NCBI GenBank assembly: GCA_010405405.1
Contig: MU004230.1
Coordinates: 344,627-408,626 of the forward strand
Length of the DNA: 64,000 nt
Direction of reading: 5' to 3'
Origin: Microthyrium microscopicum
Taxonomy: Eukaryota
The position numbers were made by a program, and so were the translations under genes. This document shows positions 53,279 to 64,000 of this stretch, piece by piece; the stretch's first letter is position 1; the number at the start of each line of letters is the position of its first letter. A model generated the notes under the pieces. That model did not search any database. It was not told where the DNA came from and saw nothing but the letters and a program-made list of their open reading frames with translations.

Positions 53279-54554
53279 GATGTGAGATGCCACAACGATA
53301 CGCTATAATATAACTATAAAGCAGATAATGCAATAAGGTAGGACAACCTGTAGCAGGGAAACCGAAAGAGATATCTCAAGAAAAAGACCGTGAAGTTGGA
53401 TATGATGAAGAATGAATAATTCCCCAGAACTTAATTGCCAGGAGCCAGCAGCATCAAGGAATATTAGTAGGTAAGATGGACACGACTGAGCTGATACCAG
53501 AAAGCAATCGCAGAGGCACTAAAGGCTTGCGAGGCTGCTCTACAATATCCTCTAAATAGTCGATACGAAGCAACCCGTAGCGCGCCCATAGATTTTAGGA
53601 CTACCATTTCGCCCTTAGAGAATGTGTGGACTAGTTTTTGTGCCTATGATCTATTGTCTGTCCATTGCAATAACTTGGCAATATGTTTGTAATACCTCTC
53701 TCTATACGATCAAGGCTGTCAATTAGGCGTAGATGTGTTCGCGTGGACACCAGATACTGACCAACAGGTCCGAGAGTTTGCAAACTGTGCGAATGCCATT
53801 CCGAATCTAGACCATTGCAGGCAGCCTCAAGTGACTTTGGTACCACTACGGAAAGAATGAAATGGTCCGTAGACTGCGGCTGATATTTGACGTTTGTGGA
53901 CTTTACACTCGGAGTGTAAATCTCACGATCGGTTCGCCATCTATGAAGTAGACAGCTGTCAAGCTCACCCCTGACCACGGCATCTTGCATGGCTTGAAGA
54001 TCGGAAGGTTTCCAATCTTCATTACTTGGCAAGGCGGCATAATTTCGATCCACTGTATCTTTCCGTTCACCGTTCCACAAGAGCATTAACTAGGTTGGAT
54101 ACATTGATCGCATTTACGAAGTTCGCCAAAGATTCAACTTTTCTGCTACGACTTCTTGTAAGCTTTTCCATTGGTCATAGAGAGATCGAGTTTTCAAGCC
54201 TGAGGCTCTATACAGGATCAATACTTGCATAAATGCCTAGCTAGAGAGCTTCGATATGTGTATTGCGACTTGCAAGTTGCAGATATTCAATGGCGCCAGA
54301 TCTGGAAGGCGATATCTTGGACCTTGGTAATTCTAAGCATTCCCCGAGGTGGCTTATATCATGCTGAGTAGAGGCAAGCTGAATGAATTTCTGAAAATTC
54401 ACCGTCTAAGTAGTGCTTCGTTGCTTTGTTCTGTTAGTATTCCATCCTGGAAATATGATCTCGATTTCTCGGAACGACTCAATACTGCATCCTGGGACGG
54501 CGGTTCAGCCAAACTGAGATGCTTTTCGAGATTGTATAGCTACTAACTAAGTAT

Positions 54555-55830
54555 TCACTGAGGCTTCTGCCATATTCCAAACATCCAAGCACTTCGGATG
54601 ATAACTAAGCCCAAAGACATGTCAATACTGGCCCATATGATGTTGAGCTTACTACCCGCAACTTCCTTCCAGCCTACCGGCACTTCTGCTATTGGTATTT
54701 GCGCAGCTTCGGCAAGCATGAGCATTTCAACGTCGAATATCCAACCTTCGGAGTTCATATATGGAATGATATATGGTAAAGCTGGTCGCGTAAATAGCTT
54801 AAAGCCACATTGGGTATCGGCGATTTTCGATGTTTTTGGGGTGGTGAGTAGGCGGATGAAAACATGAAATGCATACATCAAGAAGTTGCGGAGTGCAGAT
54901 CGCTATGTATAGGTTAGCTTTTGCAATCTAAAAAGAAGGGGGGTGAGAGGTACTTTGACAACTGCTTCGCTGTCGACGAGATGTGCTCTGCTTCCTACTA
55001 TGACTGCTCTTCCTTGGGAATCTTCTTTCTCGAGCTCTTGAACCTTTCGTACCATCTTTTCCAGATCTTCGAATTTGCTCGCGCCGTCTGCATCAGCGAA
55101 TATAGCGTACTTTCCACGAACATGTCTCATTCCGTGGGTGACAGCTCCCCCTTTCCCTCTGTTGTGCTCTAGCTCGACAACTCGTATGGCGCCTAGCGGG
55201 ACACCCTTTCCACGCTTGCCTTTGGGTGATTGCAATGCCGTCGTAAATGCCAAAGCAGTGAGAACAGTATTATCTGTCGAGCCATCCGATACGATTATGA
55301 TTTCCCAGCCACTAACTTCACTTTGGCCACTTTCTTTGCCACGTTTCCGTAGTTCGCCATCTGCAGCTTTTGTACTTGTTTTGGCAGGATATGGGTACTC
55401 TCGAGTAAGGAAATCGACAGTCTCTTCCAGCATGACTGGTAAGCGCTCTTCTTCATTATATGCCGGCACCACGACACTCATGAACACTTCTGCTGGCTCT
55501 AGAGCTTCCGCATCATCTTCTGTCCTGCGCCATACATCCACCCAGCAAGGTAATTCTTGTGGTTCACTGATCTCGCCATCGGGAAGGACAGTGCGGTATT
55601 TCGTCTCGCTTTCAGTCGGCGGTCGCGGTTGCTGGGTTAGGTATAGCACGAGGCCATAAGTCTGCAATAATTAGCACCAGCACGTAATAAAGGACATGTA
55701 AGAGCCGCACCAAACCGATTGAAAGCAAGCTGGCGCAGACGAATGTCAAAATAAGATCGGCTACGGATGGGCCACCTATCGCTTCAGCACCCTTGGCCAT
55801 TAGGCCGTTGAGATCATCAACGATAGTCAT
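54555..55830 (-). CDS. ALG5: Dolichyl-phosphate beta-glucosyltransferase (GT2), two introns
   Basis: N-terminal transmembrane segment; SVVVPAYNEEERL, VSDGSTD, NRGKGGAV, FADADGAS, DTQCGFKLF and WIFDVE. Confidence 0.96.
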
Positions 55831-57142
55831 AACTTTTGCGATTGTAGTGTGCTGAAAGGAGGACTATTTTTAGCAGCTAGAGCTCCTGAGATTGAAGATG
55901 GCGCGATATCTCGGCGGCGGTAGCAGGCAAACCATTAAAATTTCGCAAAACGAACAAACATAGCAGGATGCACGTCTTTCAAGGCCAAGATGGAGGAAGA
56001 AATGAGCGGAGGAGGAGTGGTGAGCTTGTTGAGTAAGCGCAAAGGTGTTTTGAAGCTAGAGAGGCTTCTGGTTGACGTTGCAATTGGAGAGTCAGATATG
56101 CAGGGTCTAAAAGAGGTTGGAGCTGGGTCCACTTTTTTATTCTCCCTATCCAGTCGCGCTTGTCCTTTTGCCCATGCTTCAAACTCTTCTTTCAACTTCA
56201 CTGCAATTACAAGTAGTATTCAACGCCATAAAAGCAATATTGTGGTGATGGTTTCCTAGAGGAATACTGCTTGGTCCTCTGAAGTTCATGCTTCGATGGC
56301 TGTCAACCAAGTATGATGTCGACCGTCTGCTACACATTATTATCAAGTGCTTTGTCTCCCATCGAATGCGAAGAATGATCAACTGCCTTTCAAATGCGCT
56401 AGGATTTAATTCATCAATTCTTCAGACAGTCCGATGGAAGACGTCTTTGTGGATGGGAGTGACCATTTATATTGTCGCCCAGTTGTTACTCAGAAATGCT
56501 GGCTTACAATTAGCATGTGAAAGTCAACAACAATAGGTATCTTCGAAAGGATACCCACCAGCACAAATATCTTCCAGATACTTGAGTGGTGCCCTGAATT
56601 TCAGAAATCCACTGCTAATATAGGTGCTTTCATATGCCACATGGGTAGACGACATGTAAAGTAAATGCGAGAAGCTGAAACCTAGCAGGACGGTTCCTGG
56701 AGTCAGATCATCGTCCGGCAAGTCTGCGCATATTAAGAATTGCCTATTGCAATTCGACCCTCAGCCTTAGAAATGGATAAGACCATCTATTGACTTACGA
56801 CAGGGTCTTCCCAGAGCCTCTTGGTCTAGCTACTTGCGATAACACAATCTGGTACGCACATCATCGAATCCTTCTGCACTGAGTAATAGCTCTGTTTGCC
56901 CAACGGGGTCTATTGTACTGCCCTATATGTCTAAAGGGATCAACAACCGCTTAGAGCTTAGACACGCGTATACGAATCCTGGACTATGAGCCTGTGATAG
57001 CGAGATATAGGTTTATACAAAGTTCTCAGCCCATGTCCTCAATTTTTCCAAAGGAGATCGTTGTGAGACTGAAGCATCTACCTAAGTATTTTTTTTCAAT
57101 GATTTCTGGTTGATCGAGTTTCACTTTCAGCTTATCGCAAGT

Positions 57143-58817
57143 ATGGCCTCACGAAAACTTCTCCTTTTAATGAGCCTGGCTCAATTATCCCTATCTCTAC
57201 CTCAAGTTAGAACAATTTCATCATCTGGTGAGTAGTAACTTAAGATGCGTTAGTCCCCATCACTAACTTTTCCAGTTCAAGGGATTTCGGACACTTTATT
57301 TTCTACTCTCGAGCTCATCGAGAACTTTGCTGCTGCCTCTTACTGCCCCAGCAATACTATGAGATCTAAAGATGCTGCAAAAATATCATGCCCAAAGTCA
57401 AAGAATTGCCCGAAAGTAGAATCAGCAGTTACAGCCATAGTGGCACCTGTGAGAAAGTAAGCATTATCAACCTTGAGTCCCCATATCCTAGCAATGACTA
57501 ACCGTTGGAAGTTTTCTTAAGACTGATGTCACTGGCTTTGTTGCAACCGATTCAACAAACAATCTTACCGTCATAGCCTTTCAGGGAACAGAAACGTTGA
57601 AACAAGCCAAAATCGACCTAACTTTGAGTCTAAAGAAGATTGACGAAGTATGTCAAGGATGTACGGTTCATACCGGATTCTGGCAGTCATGGGAGGAAGC
57701 AAAGCCTCAAGTTATGAAAGCTGTTAACGAGTCACTAAACAAGTTTCCCAACAATAAGCTGGTCGTTACAGGACATTCACTTGGTGGTGCTATCGCAACA
57801 ATAGCTGCCATCGACCTTCGATCTAATGGGGTGGCCGTTGATCTTGTAAGTATGCTGAAGTCTTCTATTGAATTCGAAAAGAGATCAAGCTCTTACTGAC
57901 GATATGCCCATCAGCATAGCTTTGGAGCCCCCAGAATTGGCAACCAGCAATTAGCAGACTATGTCCAAAAGCCCAAATCTAAAACAGGAGAGAACCACCG
58001 AGTAACTCACTACAACGACCCAGTGCCTCGACTCCCACCCACGATCATGGGATACGCTCATTATACCCCTGAGATCTACATCAAAACCATCAACAACAAA
58101 ACCGTTGTCCTCGCCGACATATTAGATCTCAGCGCTGAAACTTCAAGCCAAGGCAACGACCAATTCCACATCGTCGACGTCGCAGCTCACCGCTGGTACC
58201 TTGGCGACATTTCCGGCTGCTACATGGCCAACATCGACAGCAAAGACGGCAGTGAATCCAAACCCAGCTTAGCCAAACCACCAACAACCAACCCAGCACC
58301 ACCAGCAAACCCACCAACATCAAACCCAGTGCCACCATCATCAACCCCACCCCCATCACCACCAAACCCCCAACTACCAACCCAACCAACCCACACCCCC
58401 ATCCCACCCCCCAACCTCCTCCCGCACACCACCACCCCCATCGCACGCGATCTCGCCACCAACTGGGCCGAAACCATAATCACCTACCTAGGCAACAACA
58501 CGGACCTAATCCTCATCAACGGCCGCGCCTCCACCGCCGGCATAATCACCGGGATCCTCGGGTCCTTTGGCGTATCCGCGACGCTCGCGTTGCTGGACGC
58601 GTTAGGGCCCATGGGCGAGATGGTCAAGCCGTATATCGCGAGTCCGGCGTTTGTGGGTGGGTTGACGGCGAGTAGTGTGGCGAGTTTGACGGCGTTTTTG
58701 GAGCCGTGGATTGGGAGTGGGAGTGGGAGTGGGAGGGTGGATGTTAGTGCGTTGATACCGGTGTTGGAGGGGTTGTTGCCAAAGGGGAATGGGACGAGGG
58801 CTGGGTTGGGGTTTTAG
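57143..58817 (+). CDS. Secreted class-3 lipase with Pro-rich linker and hydrophobic C-terminal extension, spliced
   Basis: Signal peptide MASRKLLLLMSLA; AAASYC; IAFQGT; VHTGFW; nucleophile TGHSLGG; FGAPRIGN; RVTHYNDPVPRLPP; catalytic His in AHRWYLG. Confidence 0.92.
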
Positions 58818-59541
58818 GGACTGTTTATGAGGAGTGGAGAGGTGGGAATGGAGGTGGGTTCTTTGGGTTGACGTTGTAATGTGAGTATGAATGGATTTTG
58901 AGTTTGGAGGGAAGGTGGGATGGGATGGGATGGAAGAGGAGATATGGATACCCCTTTTGCTTGGTCTGTGGATTTTTGTCAATACGATATTTTAGAAGGT
59001 TATGGAATGATGGCTGTAAATTACTGGTGATGATAGAATTACATCGTGTATACAGAGTGCTCTTGTAAACATCGAGTTATATAGAAAACTACAAAAATAC
59101 TTATAGTTCACATACAAATACATTAAACATTTCTAAGCTGATACATATATTATTACACCATCTACATTCCAAATGCTCTATAAGAATACAGGTATATTTA
59201 AGGTAAGACAAGACTAACGATTTCCAACCCCTGAGCGTGAGCTCATAGTAAACAACCAAGTCCCAATGCTACATTTTTCAGTATTACGTGGTATCTAAAC
59301 ATTCCAATTCCTTTCTCACATGCAACATTAACAAAGTGGAGAAAACACGTTCCCTTTGATAACCCATCCCCAGACTTCAGCCCAGACGTAGACATTAACA
59401 TTTCCCATGTCGATGCAAGACCGCCGTCCCAATATACTCCGTAGCCAAAGCCAAGTAGTTTTACTGTTTTCATACCAAAGGGTGCAAGAAATCGACCTTC
59501 TGATATGATATCGCGGATCATATCGTATTCTTCAATAGCCA

Positions 59542-61744
59542 TTATGATGATTCGTCGTCGTCCTCGTATCCTCGTTTGATGCCTCCTGGAACTTGGATGC
59601 CAGCTTTCACCCAAGCCTTGTCGGTGAGATCCGCCAGACTGAAACGACCCCTATTGACTTTTCGAAGTAGCCCATCAACAATGTCCCGAGCCTCTTCCCA
59701 GCCTTTTCCAGCTGCTTCGTCCCAGTCACCATCCGCATCGCCAAATCTCGACCAAATCCATTCGCAGCGAGCGATACGATGGGCAGCGCGGCCACGACTT
59801 CGGACTCGGGAACCTGGCTTTGGTGGTGGTGGATCGAATGGTAAACGGCCTTCCATTAGAGCATAGAGAAGCACGCCTAATGCCCAGGCGTCAGTGGCTC
59901 GGCCGTCGTAAGATTGGCTGAGTAAGATTTCAGGCGCGGCGTAGTCCTCCGAGCCGCAGCGCGTTGTGAGCATGGGATTCGCAGGGTCGATTTCGCGGCT
60001 GAGTCCGAGATCTGTGAGCGTCACAATTGACGTTGGATATGTGATAGGTTCCTGGATTGACCGAAGTGAGCTGCGATGAACGTTGACAAGAACATCTGGA
60101 TTGTATTAGTCAATAAATAAGAGCAGGCATGAACTGTGAATACTCACTTTCGAGTTTGAGATCTCGATGGACAATGTTCTTGCCGTGTAAATAGCTGACT
60201 GCACTAACAAGCTCTGCGAATATGCGCTGGACAAATTGAGGGGATAGGACGTCCTGATGTTCACTTGCTAACTCGAAAAGATCACCACCAGGGCAATATC
60301 CAAGAACCATGATTGACTCTTGCTCGTTGATTCCGTATGCCTTCAAGTGAATGAGACTTGGATGATGTATTGAGCGCATAATCTCAACTTCTCGTTTTAG
60401 GCTGAGTTCCATTCGTTCTTCATCAGCGCCTCCTGCTGGTCCATGCTCGACAATTTTTAATGCGGCAAGCTCTTTGGGATCCAACTGAATTTCGTGCTCC
60501 TCGTCAACAACTGCGCTCGGAGGTAGACATTGTTTGGTGCCTAGAATGACTCTACTGAATGTGCCTTGTCCAAGCGGTTTGACTTCTCTATATTGAAGCT
60601 TGGATCCAGAAATCTGATCGCGTACAGTCATAGTTGAGGATGGCTCCAGGTTTGGTTCTTCGTCGCGCATAATTTCATCTGGCTCACTCTCAGAGATGCT
60701 CCTATTGCTAGGTGGAGGCGTAGGAAAGGATGTTTGGGGAGGTTGTTGTTCCCCATGGTGACTGATAAATCCGCGTTGCTCTGCCAGGTGCTTCTCCCGG
60801 TGAAGCGGGTTCTCAAAGTTCACCTCCTGAAGGTTACTTCCAGTAGATAGGGTTGTATTTCTAGGTCGAACATTATGCATTGGTTCCGGTATATATTCGC
60901 TGAGACTTCTATGTCTAGAATGCGCGCTATCGTGTCTCTTTTTGTTTTGGGATTGTATTCCACTTGCTTCCACAGCGGCTGGCATCAGACTATTATACGA
61001 CTTCTTCTTTTTCGTTGAGGATGCGCGCGAGGTGGAAGCGCTTGGTATTTGACCGGAAAAGTTGTTAACTTGAGCGTTTTCGCGTAGACTTGATAATGAT
61101 CCAGATGATCCAGGTCTTGTGTGCCCTTTCTTCCACATGCTCGTAGTCTCTTCACTCATGATTGGTGAAGGTAGAGGAGTTATATCGGTCATGGCATTGA
61201 GCGCCGGGGAACCAATAACAGAGCCAGGAGACAATGAATATTGTGAGTTTATGCTCATAGTAGAGAGGTTGGAATGCAATGGGTGCGCGGGTATTAAGAT
61301 GGGCTGGGTGATGGGCGCTCCAACTATTGATTGTCTGTTCTCCTCGTATGTATGTCCTGTAGCGGTCGATGGAGTTCTGACGTGAACAGTGTATTTGGGA
61401 GGGCCGGACGATTGAGGCTGTAAGGAGGAAGTGTCGAAGTAGTCGTTTTGTGAGGTGTGGGTCAAGGTTTTGCTAGTTGTGGTTGACTCGTGAGACTGAA
61501 CCAAAGGTTGGCTTTCAACTTGTGAACCGTTGTTGGGGTGGCCATCGTCATTTACAGGTTGCGACTGCGCGCTCAATGGACCCTGTATGACTTGTTGTTC
61601 CATAGGGATGCATGATAGGTCGTTGATCGGCTCTATTGAAATGCCGTCAAATTGAAGATGTTGTCTGGTGTCGGAGTGTTCAAGCTCCCAAGGATTGTGG
61701 TGGAGAGGAGGGAGGGAAGGAAGTGGGAGTCGTGACTCCTCCAT
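59542..61744 (-). CDS. PRR1: Ser/Thr protein kinase, Prr1-like, one intron
   Basis: LGQGTFSRV, AALK, VHRDLKLE(N), TDLGLSR, TTRCGSEDYAAPE and DAWALGV; long disordered N-terminus. Start taken at MEESR. Confidence 0.88.
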
Positions 61745-62886
61745 TCGCCAGGCTTGTTCTGGAGAGCCGGTGGATAGCGTGGAGTTCTGGGGGAAGGAGC
61801 GGCTGGAGGGAGAGAGGCACAGCGACAGATTGGGAAGGCAGGATTCGCAGGCAAGGCTAGCCACGGAAAGCACACTGGGTGAAATGAGGCAAGCGCGGAT
61901 TGAGATAGAGATATTGATAGCTGCGATAGGAAGTCTTCCAACTCAAACTAGGATCAAGATCGCTCTCTAGAACCTTTAGACTTTCTGGGCGTGGGCGGCA
62001 AAGGTAGTGATGAAGCAAAATCGACACTGGCGAATCTAACAGCGCTCGGAAAAGATTAAAGTCAAGGGATGAGACGCAGGTGAGGTCACTATCTGCATCA
62101 GTAGTCCAACAACCAACAGGAAAAGTTGTGGGAGTTGCAAGCGTCGTCTGTCGTCTGTCGCAGGCTGGCAAGGCGCAGGTCCGGGAAAGTAAAGTCCTAA
62201 AAACGCTTTTCTGCAGCTAAACTCATCCTATCGCAGGCCTCTGCCTCTTATTAAGGCATTCTGATACGCCAATCTTGCGCGCGAGGCTCGTGCAAGAATG
62301 TCAAATATGTCAAGGGGTCTTTGACTTTTCAGCCTATCAGTCTGGCGTTCCCAAAGGCGTGGTTGACCCGTCTGGTTTTTGCCTTGTTCAACAATTCTAT
62401 CTTTGATTTATTCTCTCTCAACCACAATCCTTCCCTCAAGATTCCACGACGTCGGCTGGATTCCTTGCGCGGCTGTTTCGGCTGTAACTCGTGCCCGTAG
62501 CTTCATACGTCCGCTGCACCAGTTCCTAATTGTACGTAAGCCAAGCCACATCAAAGATCTCAACGTCAGCTGAGGCTGTCCATGATCGTGACTTTCAACA
62601 ATTGAGTCAAGAAACCCAACATCAGTCGACCTTTGATGCATTCGCTTAGCATCGCATCGGAGATTAGCTAAATTTGGCTCAACCTCTTTTTGGGACCCAG
62701 GAGTGTTCCAGCCAGGCTGGATCCAGCGCTATCGCGCTTTTGAAACAGGTACAAAGGTACAACAGGGGACTTTTTCTGTACATGGCTAGACGCAGCCTTG
62801 GGTCCCAAAGTCAAGATAGCCGCGCTGTTCTCCAAGAGATCCAGACGTGAAAACTTCGCCCTTCACCCCCTTATCGCGTTCCATCT

Positions 62887-64000
62887 ATGTCCGTCATGGA
62901 AGAAGCACTTGAACAAATTCGGAACGAGCTGAAGCCTCAGGATAATACTGCGCGCCTTATGGGTCTTTTACGACTCCAAATACTCCTGAAAAATCACGAA
63001 GAAATGCTCCAAGATGCCACGGTGATGCAAAGCATGTGGCACGCAATACCCAAAATATATCTGATCCGTCTGTTGAAAGCTCGAGAATCAAAGAGCGTAT
63101 CTGCTGAAAATGCATCACAGATGAACCATTTGGCAGTTGCCATTATTCACACTTTTCTCGCTTCGCTGCAAAACGACGAAACAGTCGTCGAAGAAATGGC
63201 GACCAAGTTCGTCAAACCACTCGTGTCTCTTCTCTGCACTCAGCTGGACAGTCAGCTTGAACAAACACTCGCTTACCAAATACTGGGGCGATTAGTGCAG
63301 ACAAGAGCTGGTGCGATAAACTTTCTGCACGAAACTTGTACTGATCTCATGACGGTGCGATATCAGCAGGACGAGTGGCATTTCAACCACATCACGATCC
63401 TTCTTCGGGAGTGCTGGCGCTCTTTAGCGCAAGACACCGAAAAAATTGAGCTATGGGAAGCTCAGATAGTCATCTATATCGAGCATTTGACAGCTCGCCC
63501 AGATCCATCGCCAATGCTATCAATGCTCGCAGAAGTCATCCTAGACTCCAAGCACAGCAAAATCAGTCCTTGGATCTTACACGCCTTGCAGAAAGTCAAA
63601 GAGATATTCATAGCAAGTCCGACACAACCCATCTATCAGGCCACCATCTCCCTCACAGCCGCAATGCTAAGTCTTCCATCGCAAAGTAAGCCAATGCCAG
63701 AGCTTATTTTTAGCCAGACACCGCCCAACTTCACACCCCTCTTTCTCAAAATGATGCTCGCAGACGTCCAAGCAAGTATCCCAAGTTTAATGGAAACGCT
63801 TAACCTGCCGACTTACGCCGAAACTTCCCTCCGGCTAGCCAACACATATTCACTCATTGGCGGTGTATTACTCTTGATTGTAGATGCTGTCAAAAATGAT
63901 AATAGCATCAATATACCACCGTCCCAAATCCTTGAGATCCGCAGAGATTTGTCAGACACGTTTGGTTTAACTGTAGAATACTTTAGAGACAGATGGGACG
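62887..64000 (+). CDS. Neurochondrin-domain (DUF1941-like) protein, 3' truncated by the window end
   Basis: Open frame from MSVMEEALEQIRNELKPQDNTARLMGL (resembles the family motif L...DDT.RF.GL) through W.AI....L.RLL to LTVEYFRDRWD at the window edge. Absent from the ORF track, consistent with having no stop inside the window. Confidence 0.8.
   Translation, partial: MSVMEEALEQIRNELKPQDNTARLMGLLRLQILLKNHEEMLQDATVMQSMWHAIPKIYLIRLLKARESKSVSAENASQMNHLAVAIIHTFLASLQNDETVVEEMATKFVKPLVSLLCTQLDSQLEQTLAYQILGRLVQTRAGAINFLHETCTDLMTVRYQQDEWHFNHITILLRECWRSLAQDTEKIELWEAQIVIYIEHLTARPDPSPMLSMLAEVILDSKHSKISPWILHALQKVKEIFIASPTQPIYQATISLTAAMLSLPSQSKPMPELIFSQTPPNFTPLFLKMMLADVQASIPSLMETLNLPTYAETSLRLANTYSLIGGVLLLIVDAVKNDNSINIPPSQILEIRRDLSDTFGLTVEYFRDRWD

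Noticed and set aside
55935..56721. Short minus-strand ORFs between ALG5 and the lipase
   Set aside because: No recognisable domain or consistent splice model; cannot support a gene call.
30700..58817. Cutinase, laccase, secreted protein and lipase as a plant-surface gene cluster
   Set aside because: They are spread over 28 kb and separated by unrelated housekeeping genes.
59995..60025. Kinase has DLG in place of DFG
   Set aside because: A known tolerated variant; the other catalytic motifs are intact.

Overview
Fungal (Pezizomycotina-type) genomic DNA: short GT-AG introns with CTAAY branch sites and RIP-like mutated repeats. About 21 protein genes are supportable. Housekeeping genes: HAT1, PDA1, Tea1/Kel1, a PNPOx-like gene, RGD1, TAE1, EPT1/CPT1, NIPSNAP, MIX17, ALG5, a PRR1-like kinase and a neurochondrin-domain gene truncated by the window end. 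Accessory or secreted genes: two tandem C2H2 zinc-finger genes, a DPR dehydrin-like protein, cutinase, an HExxH orphan, laccase, a secreted Ig/PKD-like protein and a class-3 lipase with a long C-terminal extension. There are two AT-rich, TpA-rich elements: a ~720-bp foldback MITE about 120 bp upstream of HAT1, and a ~2.6-kb unclassified relic with GGTATACC hairpin ends. The best leads are the unclassified relic, the bacterial-looking secreted protein, the lipase extension, and sharp C/A-to-G/T strand-skew flips inside genes. I found no tRNA, rRNA or CRISPR array. All calls come from reading motifs by eye; no database search was run and exon boundaries are manual.
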